A DNA stretch of 64,000 nucleotides from Balanoglossus misakiensis (Eukaryota; Animalia; Hemichordata): positions 1,728,699-1,792,698 of the forward strand of contig CM082581.2 of assembly GCA_040954595.2 (NCBI GenBank). The letters run 5' to 3'. The notes under the pieces were generated by a model. That model was not told the origin of the DNA. It ran no database searches and was given only the letters and a program-made list of their open reading frames with translations. The first letter of the stretch is position 1. Every line of letters starts with the position of its first letter. The position numbers were made by a program, and so were the translations under genes. Shown piece after piece: positions 15,171-30,100 of the stretch.

Positions 15171-18100
15171 CCCTGCAATCATTTCTCCCCTCCCGTGAAT
15201 GGCGGCAACAAATTCTCAGCCGTTATTTATCCCCTCCCAAGAATGGCGGCAACAAATTCTCTGCTCTCATTTATCCCCTCCCAAAAATGGCGGCAATAAA
15301 TTCTCTGCCATCATTTCTCCCCTCCCGAGAATAGCGGCAACAAACCCTCTGCCATCATTTCTCCCCTCCAAATAAAGGCAGCAATAAATTCTCTGCCATC
15401 GTTTCTCCCCTGCCAAGAATGGCCGCAACAAACTCTCAGCCGTTATTTCTCCCCACCCGAGAATGGCGGCAACAAAGTTTACCCTCAGCCCTTATTTCTC
15501 CCCTCCCAAGGATGGCGGCAATAAATTCTCTGCCATCATTTCACCCCTCCCAAGGATGGCGGCAATAAATTCACTGCCATCATTTCTCCCCACCCAAGAA
15601 TGGCGGCAACATATTCTCTGCTCTCATTTCTCCCCTCCCAATAATTGCGTCAATAAATTCTCTGCCATCATTTCTCCCCTCCCGAGAATAGCGGCAACAA
15701 ACTCTCTGCCATTATTTCTCCCCTACCAAGAATAGCGGCAATAAATTCCCTGCCATCGTTTCTCCCCTCCCAAGGATGGCGGCAAAAAATTCACTGCCAT
15801 ATTTCTCCCCTACCAAGGATGGTGGCAATAAATTCCCTGCCATCATTTCTCCCCTCCCGTGAATGGCGGCAACAAAATCTCAGCCGTTATTTATCCCCTC
15901 CCAAGAATGGCGGCAACAAATTCATTGCTCTCATTTCTCCCCTCCCAATAATGGCGGCAATAAATTCTCTGCCATCATTTCTCCCCTCCCAAGGATTGCG
16001 GCAATAAATTCACTGCCATCATTTCTCCCCTCCCGTGAATGGCGGCAACAAATTCTCAGCCGTTAATTATCCCCTCCCAAGAATGGCGGCAACAAACTCT
16101 CAGCCCATCGTTTCTCCCCTCCTAAGGATGGCGGCAATAAATTCACTGCAATCATTGCTCCCCTACCAAGGGGCGGCAATAAATTCCCTGTAATCATTTC
16201 TCCCCTCCCGTGAATGGCGGCAACAAATTCTCAGCCGTAATTTATCCCCTCCCAAGAATGGCGGCAACAAATTCTCTGCTCTCATTTCTCCCCTCCAAAT
16301 AATGGAGGCAATAAATTCTCTGCCATCATTTTTCCCCTGCCAAGAATGTAAGCAACAAACTCTCAGCCGTTATTTCTCCCCTCCCAAGGATGGCGGCAAT
16401 AAATTCACTGCAATCATTTCTCCCCTACCAAGGGGCGGCAATAAATTCCCTGCCATCATTTCTCCCCTCCCGTGAATGGCGGCAACAAATTCTCAGCCGT
16501 TATTTATCCCCTCCCAAGAATGGCGGCAACGAATTCTCTGCTCTCATTTCTCCACTCCCAATAATGGCGGCAATAAATTCTCTGCCATCATTTCTCCCCT
16601 GCCAAGAATGGAAGCAATAAATTCTCTGCCATCGTTTCTCCCCTCCCAAGGATGGCGGCAATAAATTCACTGCCATCATTTCTCCCCTCCCAAGGATGGC
16701 GGCAATAATTTCCCTGCCATCATTTCTCCCCTCCCGTGAATGGCGGCAACAAATTCTCAGCCGTTATTTATCCCCTCCCAAGAATGGCGGCAACAAATTC
16801 TCTGCTCTCATTTCTCCCGTCCCAATAATGGCAGCAATAAATTGTCTGCCATCGTTTCTCCCCTCCCAAGGATGGCGGCAATAAATTCAATGCCATCATT
16901 TCTCCCCTCCCAAGGATGGCGGCAATAAATTCCCTGCCATCATTTCTCTCCTCCCGTGAATGGCGGCAACAAATTTTCAGCCGTTATTTATCCCCTCCCA
17001 AGAATGGCGGCAAGAAATTCTCTGCTCTCATTTCTCCCCTCCCAATATTGGCGGCAATAAATTCTCTGCCATCATTTCTCTCCTCCCGAGAATGGCGGCA
17101 ACAAACTCTCTGCCATCATTTCTCCCCTCCCAAGAATGGCAGCAAAAATTCTCTGCCATCGTTTCTCCCCTCCCAAGGATGGCGGCAACAAATTCTCTGC
17201 TCTCATTTATCCCTTCCCAATAATAGCGGCAATAAATTCTCCGCCATCATTTCTCCCCTGCCAAGAATGGAAGCAACAAACTCTCTGCCATCATTTCTCC
17301 CCTCCCAAGAATGGCAGCAATTAATTCTCTGCCATCGTTTCTCCCCTCCCAAGGATGGCGGCAATAAATTCACTGCCATCATATCTCCCCTCCCAAGAAT
17401 GGCAGCATAAATTCTCTGCCATCGTTTCAACCCCTCCCAAGGATGGCGGCAATAAATTCACTGCCATCATTTCTCCCCTCCCAAGGATGGCGGCAATAAA
17501 TTCACTGCCATCATTTCTCCCCTCCCGTGAATGGCGGCAACAAATTCTCAGCCGTTAATTATCCCCTCCCAAGAATGGCGGCAACAAATTCTCTGCTCTC
17601 ATTTCTCCCCTCCCAATAATGGCGGCAATAAATTCTCTGCCATCTTATTACCCCTGTCAAGAATGGAAGCAACAAACTCTCTGCCATCATTTCTCCACTC
17701 CCAAGAATTGCAGGATTACATTCTCTGCCATCGTTTCTCCCCTCCCAAGGATGGCGGCAATAAATTCACTGCCATCATTTCTCCCCTCCCGTGAATGGCG
17801 GCAACAAATTTTCTGCTCTCATTTCTCCCCTCCCAAGAATGGCAGCAAAAATTCTCTGCCATTGTTTCTCCCCTCCCAAGGATGGCGGCAATAAATTCAC
17901 TGCCATCATTTCTCCCTTCCCGTGAATGGCGGCAATAAATTCTCTGCCATCATTTCTCCCCTCCCAAGAATGGCAGCAAAAATTCTCTGCCATCGTTTCT
18001 CCCCTCCCAAGGATGGCGGCAACAAATTCTCTGCTCTCATTTATCCCCTCCCAATAATGGCGGCAATAAATTCTCTGCCATCATTTCCCCCCTGCCATGA

Positions 18101-20434
18101 ATGGAAGCAACAAACTCTCTGCCATCATTTCTCCCCTCCCAAGAATGGCGGCAACAAATTCTCTTCCATCGTTTCTCCCCTCCCAAGGATGGCGGCAATA
18201 AATTCTCTGCCATCATTTCTCCCCTCCCAATATTGGCGGCAATAAATTCTCTGCAATCATTTCTCCCCTCCCGTGAATGGCAGCAACAAATTCTCAGCCG
18301 TTATTTATCCCCTCCCAAGAATGGCGGCAACAAATTCTCTGCTCTCATTTATCCCCTCCCAATAATAGCGGCAATAAATTCTCTGCCATCATTTCTCCCC
18401 TGCCAAGAATGCAAGCAACAAACTCTCTGCCATCATTTCTCCCCTCTCAAGAATGGCAGCAATTAATTCTCTGCCATCGTTTCTCCCCTCCCAAGGATGG
18501 CGGCAATAAATTCACTGCCATCATTTCTCCCCTCCCAAGAATGGCAGCATAAATTCACTGCCATCGTTTCAACCCCTCCCAAGGATGGCGGCCATAAATT
18601 CACTGCCATCATTTCTCCCCTCCCAAGGATGGCGGCAATAAATTCACTGCCATCATTTCTCCCCTCCCGTGAATGGCGGCAACAAATTCTCAGCCATTAA
18701 TTATCCCCTCCCAAGAATGGCGGCAACAAATTCTCTGCTCTCATTTCTCCCCTCCCAATAATGGCGGCAATAAATTCTCTGCCATCATATTTCCCCTGTC
18801 AAGAATGGAAGCAACAAACTCTCAGCCATCGTTTCTCCCCTCCCAAGGATGGCGGCAATAAATTCACTGCCATTATTTCTCCCCTCCCGTGAATGGCGGC
18901 AACAAATTCTCAGCCGTTATTTATCCCCTCCCAAAAATGGCGGCAACAAATTCTCTGCTCTCATTTATCCCCTCCCAATAATGGCGGCAATAAATTCTCT
19001 GCCATCATTTCTCCCCTGCCATGAATGGAAGCAACAAACTCTCTGCCATCATTTCTCCCCTCCCAAGAATGGCGGCAACAAATTCTCTTCCATCGTTTCT
19101 CCCCTCCCAAGGATGGCGGCAATAAATTCACTGCCATCATTTCTCCCCTCCCAAGAATGGCAGCATAAATTCTCTGCCATCGTTTCAACCCGTCCCAAGG
19201 ATGGCGGCCATAAATTCACTGCCATCATTTCTCCCCTCCCAAGGATGGCGGCAATAAATTCACTGCCATCATTTCTCCCCTCCCGTGAATGGCGGCAACA
19301 AATTCTCAGCCATTAATTATCCCCTCCCAAGAATGGCGGCAACAAATTCTATGCTCTCATTTCTCCCCTCCCAATAATGGCGGCAATAAATTCTCTGCCA
19401 TCGTTTCTCCCCTCCCAAGGATGGCGGCAATAAATTCACTGCCATTAATTCTCCCCTCCCGTGAATGGCGGCAACAAATTCTCAGCCGTTATTTATCCCC
19501 TCCCAAGAATGGCGGCAACAAATTCTCTGCTCTCATTTATCCCCTCCCAATAATGGCGGCAATAAATTCTCTGCCATCATATTTCCCCTGTCAAGAATGG
19601 AAGCAACAAACTCTCAGCCATCATTTCTCCCCTCCCAAGAATGGCAGCAATAAATTCCCTGCCGTTATTTATCCCCTCCCAAGAATGGCGGCAACAAATT
19701 CTCAGCCGTTATTTATCCCCTCCCAAGAATGGCGGCAACAAATTCTCTGCTCTCATTTATCCCCTCCCAATAATGGCGGCAATAAATTCTCTGCCATCAT
19801 ATTTCCCCTGTCAAGAATGGAAGCAACAAACTCTCAGCCATCATTTCTCCCCTCCCAAGAATGGCAGCAATAAATTCTCTGCCATCGTTTCTCCCCTCCC
19901 AAGGATGGCGGCAATAAATTCACTGCCATTATTTCTCCCCTCCCGTGAATGGCGGCAACAAATTCTCAGCCGTTATTTATCCCCTCCCAAGAATGGCGGC
20001 AACAAATTCTCTGCTCTCATTTATCCCCTCCCAATAATGGCGGCAATATTTTCTCTGCCATCATTTCTCCCCTGCCATGAATGGAAGCAACAAACTCTCT
20101 GCCATCATTTCTCCCCTCCCAAGAATGGCGGCAACAAATTCTCTTCCATCGTTTCTCCCCTCCCAAGGATGGCGGCAATAAATTCACTACCATCATTTCT
20201 CCCCTCCCAAGGATGGCGGCAATAAATTCCCTGCAATCATTTCTCCCCTCCCGTGAATGGCGGCAACAAATTCTCTGCTCTCATTTATCCCCTCCCAATA
20301 ATAGCGGCAATAAATTCTCTGCCATCATTTCTCCCCTGCCAAGAATGGAAGCAACAAACTCTCTGCCATCATTTCTCCCCTCCCAAGAATGGCAGCAATT
20401 AATTCTCTGCCATCGTTTCTCCCCTCCCAAGGAT

Positions 20435-23400
20435 GGCGGCAATACATTCCCTGCCATCATTTCTCCCCTCCCAAGGAGGGCGGCAATAAATTCCCTGCCA
20501 TCATTTCTCTCCTCCCGTGAATGGCGGCAACAAATTCCCGGCCGTTATTTATCCCCTCCCAAGAATGGCGGCAACAAATTCTCTGCTCTCATTTCTCCCC
20601 TCCCAATAATGGCGGCAATAAATTCTCTGCAATCATTTCTCCCCTCCCGAGAATGGCGGCAACAAACCCTCTGCCATCATTTCTCCCCTCCCAAGAATGG
20701 CAGCAAAAATTCTCTGCCATTGTTTCACCCCTCCCAAGGATGGCGGCAATATTAAATTCACTGCGATCATTTCTCCCCTCCCAAGAATGGCAGCAAAAAT
20801 TCTCTGCCATCGTTTCTCCCCTCCCAAGGATGGCGGCAATAAATTCCCTGCCATTATTTCTCCCCTCCCGTGAATGGCGGCAACAAATTCTCAGCCGTTA
20901 TTTATCCCCTCCCAAGAATGGCGGCAACAAATTCTCTGCTCTCATTTATCCCCTCCCAATAATGGCGGCAATAAATTCTCTGCCATCATTTCTCACCTGC
21001 CATGAATGGAAGCAACAAACTCTCTGCCATCATTTCTCCCCTCCCAAGAATGGCGGCAACAAATTCTCTTTCATCGTTTCTCCCCTCCCAAGGATGGCGG
21101 CAATAAATTCACTGCCATCATTTCTCCCCTCCCAAGGATGGCGGCAATAAATTCCCTGCAATCATTTCTCCCCTCCCGTGAATGGCGGCAACAAATTCTC
21201 AGCCGTTATTTATCCCCTCCCAAGAATGGCGGCAACAAATTCTCTGCTCTCATTTATCCCCTCCCAAAAATAGCGGCAATAAATTCTCTGCCATAATTTC
21301 TCCCCTGCCAAGAATGGAAGCAACAAACTCTCTGCCATCATTCCTCCCCTCCCAAGAATGGCAGCAATTAATTCTCTGCCATCGTTTCTCCCCTCCCAAG
21401 GATGGCGGCAATAAATTCCCTGCCATCATTTCTCCCCTCCCAAGGAGGGCGGCAATAAATTCCCTGCCATCATTTCTCTCCTCCCGTGAATGGCGGCAAC
21501 AAATTCTCAGCCGTTATTTATCCCCTCCCAAGGATGGCGGCAATAAATTCACTGCGATCATTTCTCCCTTCCCAAGGATGGCTGCAATAAATTCCCTGCC
21601 ATCAGTTCTCCCCTCCCGTGAATGGCGGCAACAAATTCTCAGCCGTTATTTATCCCCTCCAAAGAATGGCGGCAACAAATTCTCTGCTCTCATTTCTCCC
21701 CTCCCAATAATGGCGGCAATAAATTCTCTGCCATCATTTCTCCCCAGGCAAGAATGGAAGCATCAAACAATCTGCCATCATTTCTCACCTCCCAAGAATG
21801 GCAGCAATAAATTCTCTGCCATCGTTTCTCCCCTCCCAAGGATGGCGGCAATAAATTCACTGCCATCATTTCTCCCCTCCCAAGGATGGCGGCAATAAAT
21901 TCACTGCCATCATTTCTCCCCTGCCAAGGATGGCGACAATAAATTCCCTGCCATCGTTTCACCCCTCCCGAGAATGGCGGCAACAAACTCTCTGCCATCA
22001 TTACTACCCTCCCAAGAATGGCAGCATAAATTCTCTTCCATCGTTTCAACCCTACCCAAGGATGGCGGCAATAAATTCACTGCCATCATTTCTCCCCTCC
22101 CAAGGATGGCGGCAATAAATTTCCTGCCATCATTTCTCCCCTCCCGTGAATGGCGGCAACAAATTCGCAGCCGTTATTTATCCCCTCCCAAGGATGGCGG
22201 CAGTAATTTCACTACCAACATTTCTCCCTACCAAGGATGGAGGCAATACATTCTCTGCCATCATTTCTCCCCTCCCGAGAATGGAAGCAACAAACTCTCA
22301 GCCGTTATTTCTCCCCTCCCAAGAATGGCAGCATAAATTCTCTGCCATCGCTTCAACCCCTCCCAAGGATGGCGGCAATAAATTCACTGCCATCATTTCT
22401 CCCCTCCCAAGGATGACGGCAATAAATTCCCTGCCATCATTTCTCCCCTCACGTGAATGGCGGCAACAAATTCTCAGCTGTTATTTATCCCCTCCCAAGA
22501 ATGGTGGCAACAAATTCTCTGCTCTCATTTCTCCCTTCCCAATAATGGCGGCAATAAATTCTCTGCCATCATTTTTCCCCTGCCATGAATGGAAGCAACA
22601 AACTCTCAGCCGTTATTTCTCCCCTCTCAAGGATGGCGGCAATAAATTCAATGCAATCATTTCTCCCCTACCAAGGGGCGGCAATAAATTCGATGCCATC
22701 ATTTCTCCCCTCCCGTGAATGGCGGCAACAAATTCTCAGCCGTTATTTATCCCCTCCCAAGAATGGCGGCAACAAATTCTCTGCTCTCATTTCTCCCCTC
22801 CCAATAAAGGCGGCAATAATTCCCTGCCATCATTTCTCCCCTACCAAGGGGCGGCAACAAATTCTCAGCCGTTATTTATCCCCTCCCAAGAATGGCGGCA
22901 ACAAATTCTCTGCTCTCATTTCTCCCCTCCCAATAATGGCGGCAATAAATTCGCTGCCATCATTTCTCCCCTCCCAAGAATGGCGGTAACAAACTCTCTG
23001 CCATCATTTCTCCCCTCCCAAGAATGGCAGCATAAATTCTCTAACATCGTTTCTCCCCTCCCAAGAATGGCGGCAATAAATTCACTGCCATCATTTCTCC
23101 CCTCCCAAGGATGGCGGCAATAAATTCCCTGCCATCATTTCTCCCCTCCCGTGAATGGCGGCAACAAATTCTCAGCCGTTATTTATCCCCTCCCAAGAAT
23201 GGCGGCAACAAATTCTCTGCTCTCATTTCTCCCCTCCCAAGGATGGCGGCAATAAATTCACTGCCATCATTTCTCCCCTCCCAAGGATGGCGGCAATAAA
23301 TTCCCTGCAATCATTTCTCCCCTCCCGTGAATGGCGGCAACAAATTCTCAGCCGTTATTTATCCCCTCCCAAGAATGGCGGCAACAAATTCTCTGATCTC

Positions 23401-26400
23401 ATTTATCCCCTCCCAATAATAGCGGCAATAAATTCTCTGCCATCATTTCTCCCCTGCCAAGAATGGAAGCAACAAACTCTCTGCCATCATTTCTCCCCTC
23501 CCAAGAATGGCAGCAATTAATTCTCTGCCATCGTTTCTCCCCTCCCAAGGATGGCGGCGATACATTCCCTGCCATCATTTCTCCCCTCCCAAGGAGGGCG
23601 GCAATAAATTCCCTGCCATCATTTCTCTCCTCCCGTGAATGGCGGCAACAAATTCTCAGCCGTTATTTATCCCCTCCCAAGAATGGCGGCAACAAATTCT
23701 CTGCTCTCATTTCTCCCCTCCCAATAATGGCGGCAATAAATTCTCTGCCATCATTTCTCCCCTCCCGAGAATGGCGGCAATACATTCCCTGCCATCATTT
23801 CTCCCCTCCCAAGGAGGGCGGCAATAAATTCCCTGCCATCATTTCTCTCCTCCCGTGAATGGCGGCAACAAATTCCCGGCCGTTATTTATCCCCTCCCAA
23901 GAATGGCGGCAACAAATTCTCTGCTCTCATTTCTCCCCTCCCAATAATGGCGGCAATAAATTCTCTGCAATCATTTCTCCCCTCCCGAGAATGGCGGCAA
24001 CAAACCCTCTGCCATCATTTCTCCCCTCCCAAGAATGGCAGCAAAAATTCTCTGCCATTGTTTCACCCCTCCCAAGGATGGCGGCAATATTAAATTCACT
24101 GCGATCATTTCTCCCCTCCCAAGAATGGCAGCAAAAATTCTCTGCCATCGTTTCTCCCCTCCCAAGGATGGCGGCAATAAATTCCCTGCCATTATTTCTC
24201 CCCTCCCGTGAATGGCGGCAACAAATTCTCAGCCGTTATTTATCCCCTCCCAAGAATGGCGGCAACAAATTCTCTGCTCTCATTTATCCCCTCCCAATAA
24301 TGGCGGCAATAAATTCTCTGCCATCATTTCTCACCTGCCATGAATGGAAGCAACAAACTCTCTGCCATCATTTCTCCCCTCCCAAGAATGGCGGCAACAA
24401 ATTCTCTTTCATCGTTTCTCCCCTCCCAAGGATGGCGGCAATAAATTCACTGCCATCATTTCTCCCCTCCCAAGGATGGCGGCAATAAATTCCCTGCAAT
24501 CATTTCTCCCCTCCCGTGAATGGCGGCAACAAATTCTCAGCCGTTATTTATCCCCTCCCAAGAATGGCGGCAACAAATTCTCTGCTCTCATTTATCCCCT
24601 CCCAAAAATAGCGGCAATAAATTCTCTGCCATAATTTCTCCCCTGCCAAGAATGGAAGCAACAAACTCTCTGCCATCATTCCTCCCCTCCCAAGAATGGC
24701 AGCAATTAATTCTCTGCCATCGTTTCTCCCCTCCCAAGGATGGCGGCAATAAATTCCCTGCCATCATTTCTCCCCTCCCAAGGAGGGCGGCAATAAATTC
24801 CCTGCCATCATTTCTCTCCTCCCGTGAATGGCGGCAACAAATTCTCAGCCGTTATTTATCCCCTCCCAAGGATGGCGGCAATAAATTCACTGCGATCATT
24901 TCTCCCTTCCCAAGGATGGCTGCAATAAATTCCCTGCCATCAGTTCTCCCCTCCCGTGAATGGCGGCAACAAATTCTCAGCCGTTATTTATCCCCTCCAA
25001 AGAATGGCGGCAACAAATTCTCTGCTCTCATTTCTCCCCTCCCAATAATGGCGGCAATAAATTCTCTGCCATCATTTCTCCCCAGGCAAGAATGGAAGCA
25101 TCAAACAATCTGCCATCATTTCTCACCTCCCAAGAATGGCAGCAATAAATTCTCTGCCATCGTTTCTCCCCTCCCAAGGATGGCGGCAATAAATTCACTG
25201 CCATCATTTCTCCCCTCCCAAGGATGGCGGCAATAAATTCACTGCCATCATTTCTCCCCTGCCAAGGATGGCGACAATAAATTCCCTGCCATCGTTTCAC
25301 CCCTCCCGAGAATGGCGGCAACAAACTCTCTGCCATCATTACTACCCTCCCAAGAATGGCAGCATAAATTCTCTTCCATCGTTTCAACCCTACCCAAGGA
25401 TGGCGGCAATAAATTCACTGCCATCATTTCTCCCCTCCCAAGGATGGCGGCAATAAATTTCCTGCCATCATTTCTCCCCTCCCGTGAATGGCGGCAACAA
25501 ATTCGCAGCCGTTATTTATCCCCTCCCAAGGATGGCGGCAGTAATTTCACTACCAACATTTCTCCCTACCAAGGATGGAGGCAATACATTCTCTGCCATC
25601 ATTTCTCCCCTCCCGAGAATGGAAGCAACAAACTCTCAGCCGTTATTTCTCCCCTCCCAAGAATGGCAGCATAAATTCTCTGCCATCGCTTCAACCCCTC
25701 CCAAGGATGGCGGCAATAAATTCACTGCCATCATTTCTCCCCTCCCAAGGATGACGGCAATAAATTCCCTGCCATCATTTCTCCCCTCACGTGAATGGCG
25801 GCAACAAATTCTCAGCTGTTATTTATCCCCTCCCAAGAATGGTGGCAACAAATTCTCTGCTCTCATTTCTCCCTTCCCAATAATGGCGGCAATAAATTCT
25901 CTGCCATCATTTTTCCCCTGCCATGAATGGAAGCAACAAACTCTCAGCCGTTATTTCTCCCCTCTCAAGGATGGCGGCAATAAATTCAATGCAATCATTT
26001 CTCCCCTACCAAGGGGCGGCAATAAATTCGATGCCATCATTTCTCCCCTCCCGTGAATGGCGGCAACAAATTCTCAGCCGTTATTTATCCCCTCCCAAGA
26101 ATGGCGGCAACAAATTCTCTGCTCTCATTTCTCCCCTCCCAATAAAGGCGGCAATAATTCCCTGCCATCATTTCTCCCCTACCAAGGGGCGGCAACAAAT
26201 TCTCAGCCGTTATTTATCCCCTCCCAAGAATGGCGGCAACAAATTCTCTGCTCTCATTTCTCCCCTCCCAATAATGGCGGCAATAAATTCGCTGCCATCA
26301 TTTCTCCCCTCCCAAGAATGGCGGTAACAAACTCTCTGCCATCATTTCTCCCCTCCCAAGAATGGCAGCATAAATTCTCTAACATCGTTTCTCCCCTCCC

Positions 26401-27118
26401 AAGAATGGCGGCAATAAATTCACTGCCATCATTTCTCCCCTCCCAAGGATGGCGGCAATAAATTCCCTGCCATCATTTCTCCCCTCCCGTGAATGGCGGC
26501 AACAAATTCTCAGCCGTTATTTATCCCCTCCCAAGAATGGCGGCAACAAATTCTCTGCTCTCATTTCTCCCCTCCCAAGGATGGCGGCAATAAATTCACT
26601 GCCATCATTTCTCCCCTCCCAAGGATGGCGGCAATAAATTCCCTGCAATCATTTCTCCCCTCCCGTGAATGGCGGCAACAAATTCTCAGCCGTTATTTAT
26701 CCCCTCCCAAGAATGGCGGCAACAAATTCTCTGATCTCATTTATCCCCTCCCAATAATAGCGGCAATAAATTCTCTGCCATCATTTCTCCCCTGCCAAGA
26801 ATGGAAGCAACAAACTCTCTGCCATCATTTCTCCCCTCCCAAGAATGGCAGCAATTAATTCTCTGCCATCGTTTCTCCCCTCCCAAGGATGGCGGCGATA
26901 CATTCCCTGCCATCATTTCTCCCCTCCCAAGGAGGGCGGCAATAAATTCCCTGCCATCATTTCTCTCCTCCCGTGAATGGCGGCAACAAATTCTCAGCCG
27001 TTATTTATCCCCTCCCAAGAATGGCGGCAACAAATTCTCTGCTCTCATTTCTCCCCTCCCAATAATGGCGGCAATAAATTCTCTGCCATCATTTCTCCCC
27101 TCCCGAGAATGGCGGCAA
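20435..27118 (+). repeat. 3338-bp near-perfect tandem block duplication
   Basis: Constant offset of 3338 (20521/23859, 21182/24520, 22146/25484, 23463/26801). Both copies share a +3 insertion CAATATTAAATT (~20750, ~24088) and other private variants. Confidence 0.92.
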
Positions 27119-30100
27119 CAAACCCTCTGCCATCATTTCTCCCCTCCCAAGAATGGCAACAAAAATTCTCTGCCATCGTTTCTCCCCTCCCAAGGATGGC
27201 GGCAATAAATTCACTGCGATCTTTTCTCCCTTCCCAAGGATGGCTGCAATAAATTCCCTGCCATCAGTTCTCCCCTCCCGTGAATGGCGGCAACAAATTC
27301 TCAGCCGTTATTTATCCCCTCCCAAGAATGGCGGCAACAAATTCTCTGCTCTCATTTCTCCCCTCCCAATAATGGCGGCAATAAATTCTCTGCCATCATT
27401 TCTCCCCTGCCAAAAATGGAAACAACAAACAATCTGCCATCATTTCTCACCTCCCAAGAATGGCAGCAATAAATTCTCTGCCATCGTTTCTCCCCTCCCA
27501 AGGAGGGCGGCAATAAATTCCCTGCCATCATTTCTCTCCTCCCGTGAATGGCGGCAACAAATTCTCAGCCGTTATTTATCCCCTCCCAAGAATGGCGGCA
27601 ACAAATTCTCTGCTCTCATTTCTCCCCTCCCAATAATGGCGGCAATAAATTCTCTGCCATCATTTCTCCCCTCCCGAGAATGGCGGCAACAAACCCTCTG
27701 CCATCATTTCTCCCCTCCCAAGAATGGCAGCAAAAATTCTCTGACATCGTTTCTCCCATCCCAAGGATGGCGGCAATAAATTCACTGCGATCATTTCTCC
27801 CTTCCCAAGGATGGCTGCAATAAATTCCCTGCCATCATTTCTCCCCTCCCGTGAATGGCGGCAACAAATTCTCAGCCGTTATTTATCCCCTCCCAAGAAT
27901 GGCGGCAACAAATTCTCTGCTCTCATTTCTCCCCTCCCAATAATGGCGGCAAAAAATTCTCTGCCATCATTTCTCCCCTGCCAAGAATGGAAGCAACAAA
28001 CAATCTGCCATCATTTCTCACCTCCCAAGAATGGCAGCAATAAATTCTCTGCCATCGTTTCTCCCCTCCCAAGGATGGCGGCAATAAATTCACTGCCATC
28101 ATTTCTCCCCTCCCAATGATGGCGGCAATAAATTCACTGCCATCATTTCTCCCCTCCCAAGGATGGCGGCAATAAATTCCCTGCCATCATTTCACCCCTC
28201 CCGTGAATGGCGGCAACAAATTCTCAGCCGTTATTTATCCCCTCCCAAGAATGGCGGCAACAAATTCTCTGCTCTCATTTCTCCCCTCCCAATAATGGCG
28301 GCAATAAATTCTCTGCCATTATTTCTCCCCTGCCAAGAATGGAAGCAACAAACAATCTGCCATCATTTCTCACCTCCCAAGAATGGCAGCAATAAATTCT
28401 CTGCCATCGTTTCTCCCCTCCCAAGGATGGCGGCAATAAATTCACTGCCATCATTTCTCCCCTCCCAAGGATGGCGGCAATAAATTCACTGCCATCATTT
28501 CTCCCCTCCCAAGGATGGCGGCAATAAATTCCCTGCCATCATTTCACCCCTCCCGAGAATGGCGGCAACAAACTCTCTGCCATCATTACTACCCTCCCAA
28601 GAATGGCAGCATAAATTCTCTGCCATCGTTTCAACCCCTCCCAAGGATGGCGGCAATAAATTCACTGCCATCATTTCTCCCCTCCCAAGGATGGCGGCAA
28701 TAAATTTCATGCCATCATTTCTCCCCTCCCGTGAATGGCGGCAACAAATTCTCAGCCGTTATTTATCCCCTCCCAAGGATGGCGGCAGTAAATTCACTAC
28801 CATCATTTCTCCCTACCAAGGATGGCGGCAATAAATTCACTGCCATCATTTCTCCCCTCCCAAGGATGGCGGCAATAAATTCCCTGCCATCATTTCACCC
28901 CTCCCGAGAATGGCGGCAACAAACTCTCTGCCATCATTACTACCCTCCCAAGAATGGCAGCATACATTCTCTGCCATCATTTCTCCCCTCCCGAGAATGG
29001 CGGCAACAAACTCTCTGCCATCATTACTCCCCTTCCAAGAATGGCAGCATAAATTCTCTGCCATCGCTTCAACCCCTCCCAAGGATGGCGGCAATAAATT
29101 CACTGCCATCATTTCTCCCCTCCCAAGGATGGCGGCAATAAATTCCCTGCCATCATTTCTCCCCTCCCGTGAATGGCGGCAACAAATTCTCAGCTGTTAT
29201 TTATCCCCTCCCAAGAATGGCGGCAACAAATTCTCTGCCATCATTTTTCCCCTGCCAAGAATGGAAGCAACAAACTCTCAGCCGTTATTTCTCCCCTCCC
29301 AAGAATGGCAGCATAAATTCTCTGCCATCGTTTCAACCCCTCCCAAGGATGGCGGCAATAAATTCACTGCCATCATTTCTCCCCTCCCAAGGATGGCGGC
29401 AATAAATTCCCTGCCATCATTTCTCCCCTCACGTGAATGGCGGCAACAAATTCTCAGCTGTTATTTATCCCCTCCCAAGAATGGCGGCAACAAATTCTCT
29501 GCTCTCATTTCTCCCTTCCCAATAATGGCGGCAATAAATTCTCTGCCATCATTTTTCCCCTGCCAAGAATGGAAGCAACAAACTCTCAGCCGTTATTTCT
29601 CCCCTCCCAAGGATGGCGGCAATAAATTCACTGCAATCATTTCTCCCCTACCAAGGGGCGGCAATAAATTCCCTGCCATCATTTCTCCCCTCCCGTGAAT
29701 GGCGGCAACAAATTCTCAGCCGTTATTTATCCCCTCCCAAGAATGGCGGCAACAAATTCTCTGCTCTCATTTCTCCCTTCCCAAGGATGGCGGCAATAAA
29801 TTCACTGCCATCATTTCTCCCCTCCCAAGGATGGCGGCAATAAATTCCCTGCCATCATTTCTCCCCTCCCGAGAATGGCGGCAACAAACTCTCTGCCATC
29901 ATTTCTCCCCTCCCAAGAATGGTGGCAACAAACTCTCTGCCATCATTTCTCCCCTCCCGTGAATGGCGGCAACAAATTCTCAGCCGTTATTTATCCCCTT
30001 CCAAGAATGGCGGCAACAAATTCTCTGCTCTCATTTCTCCCCTCCCAATAATGGCGGCAATAAATTCTCTGCCATCATTTCTCCCCTCCCGAGAAAGGCG

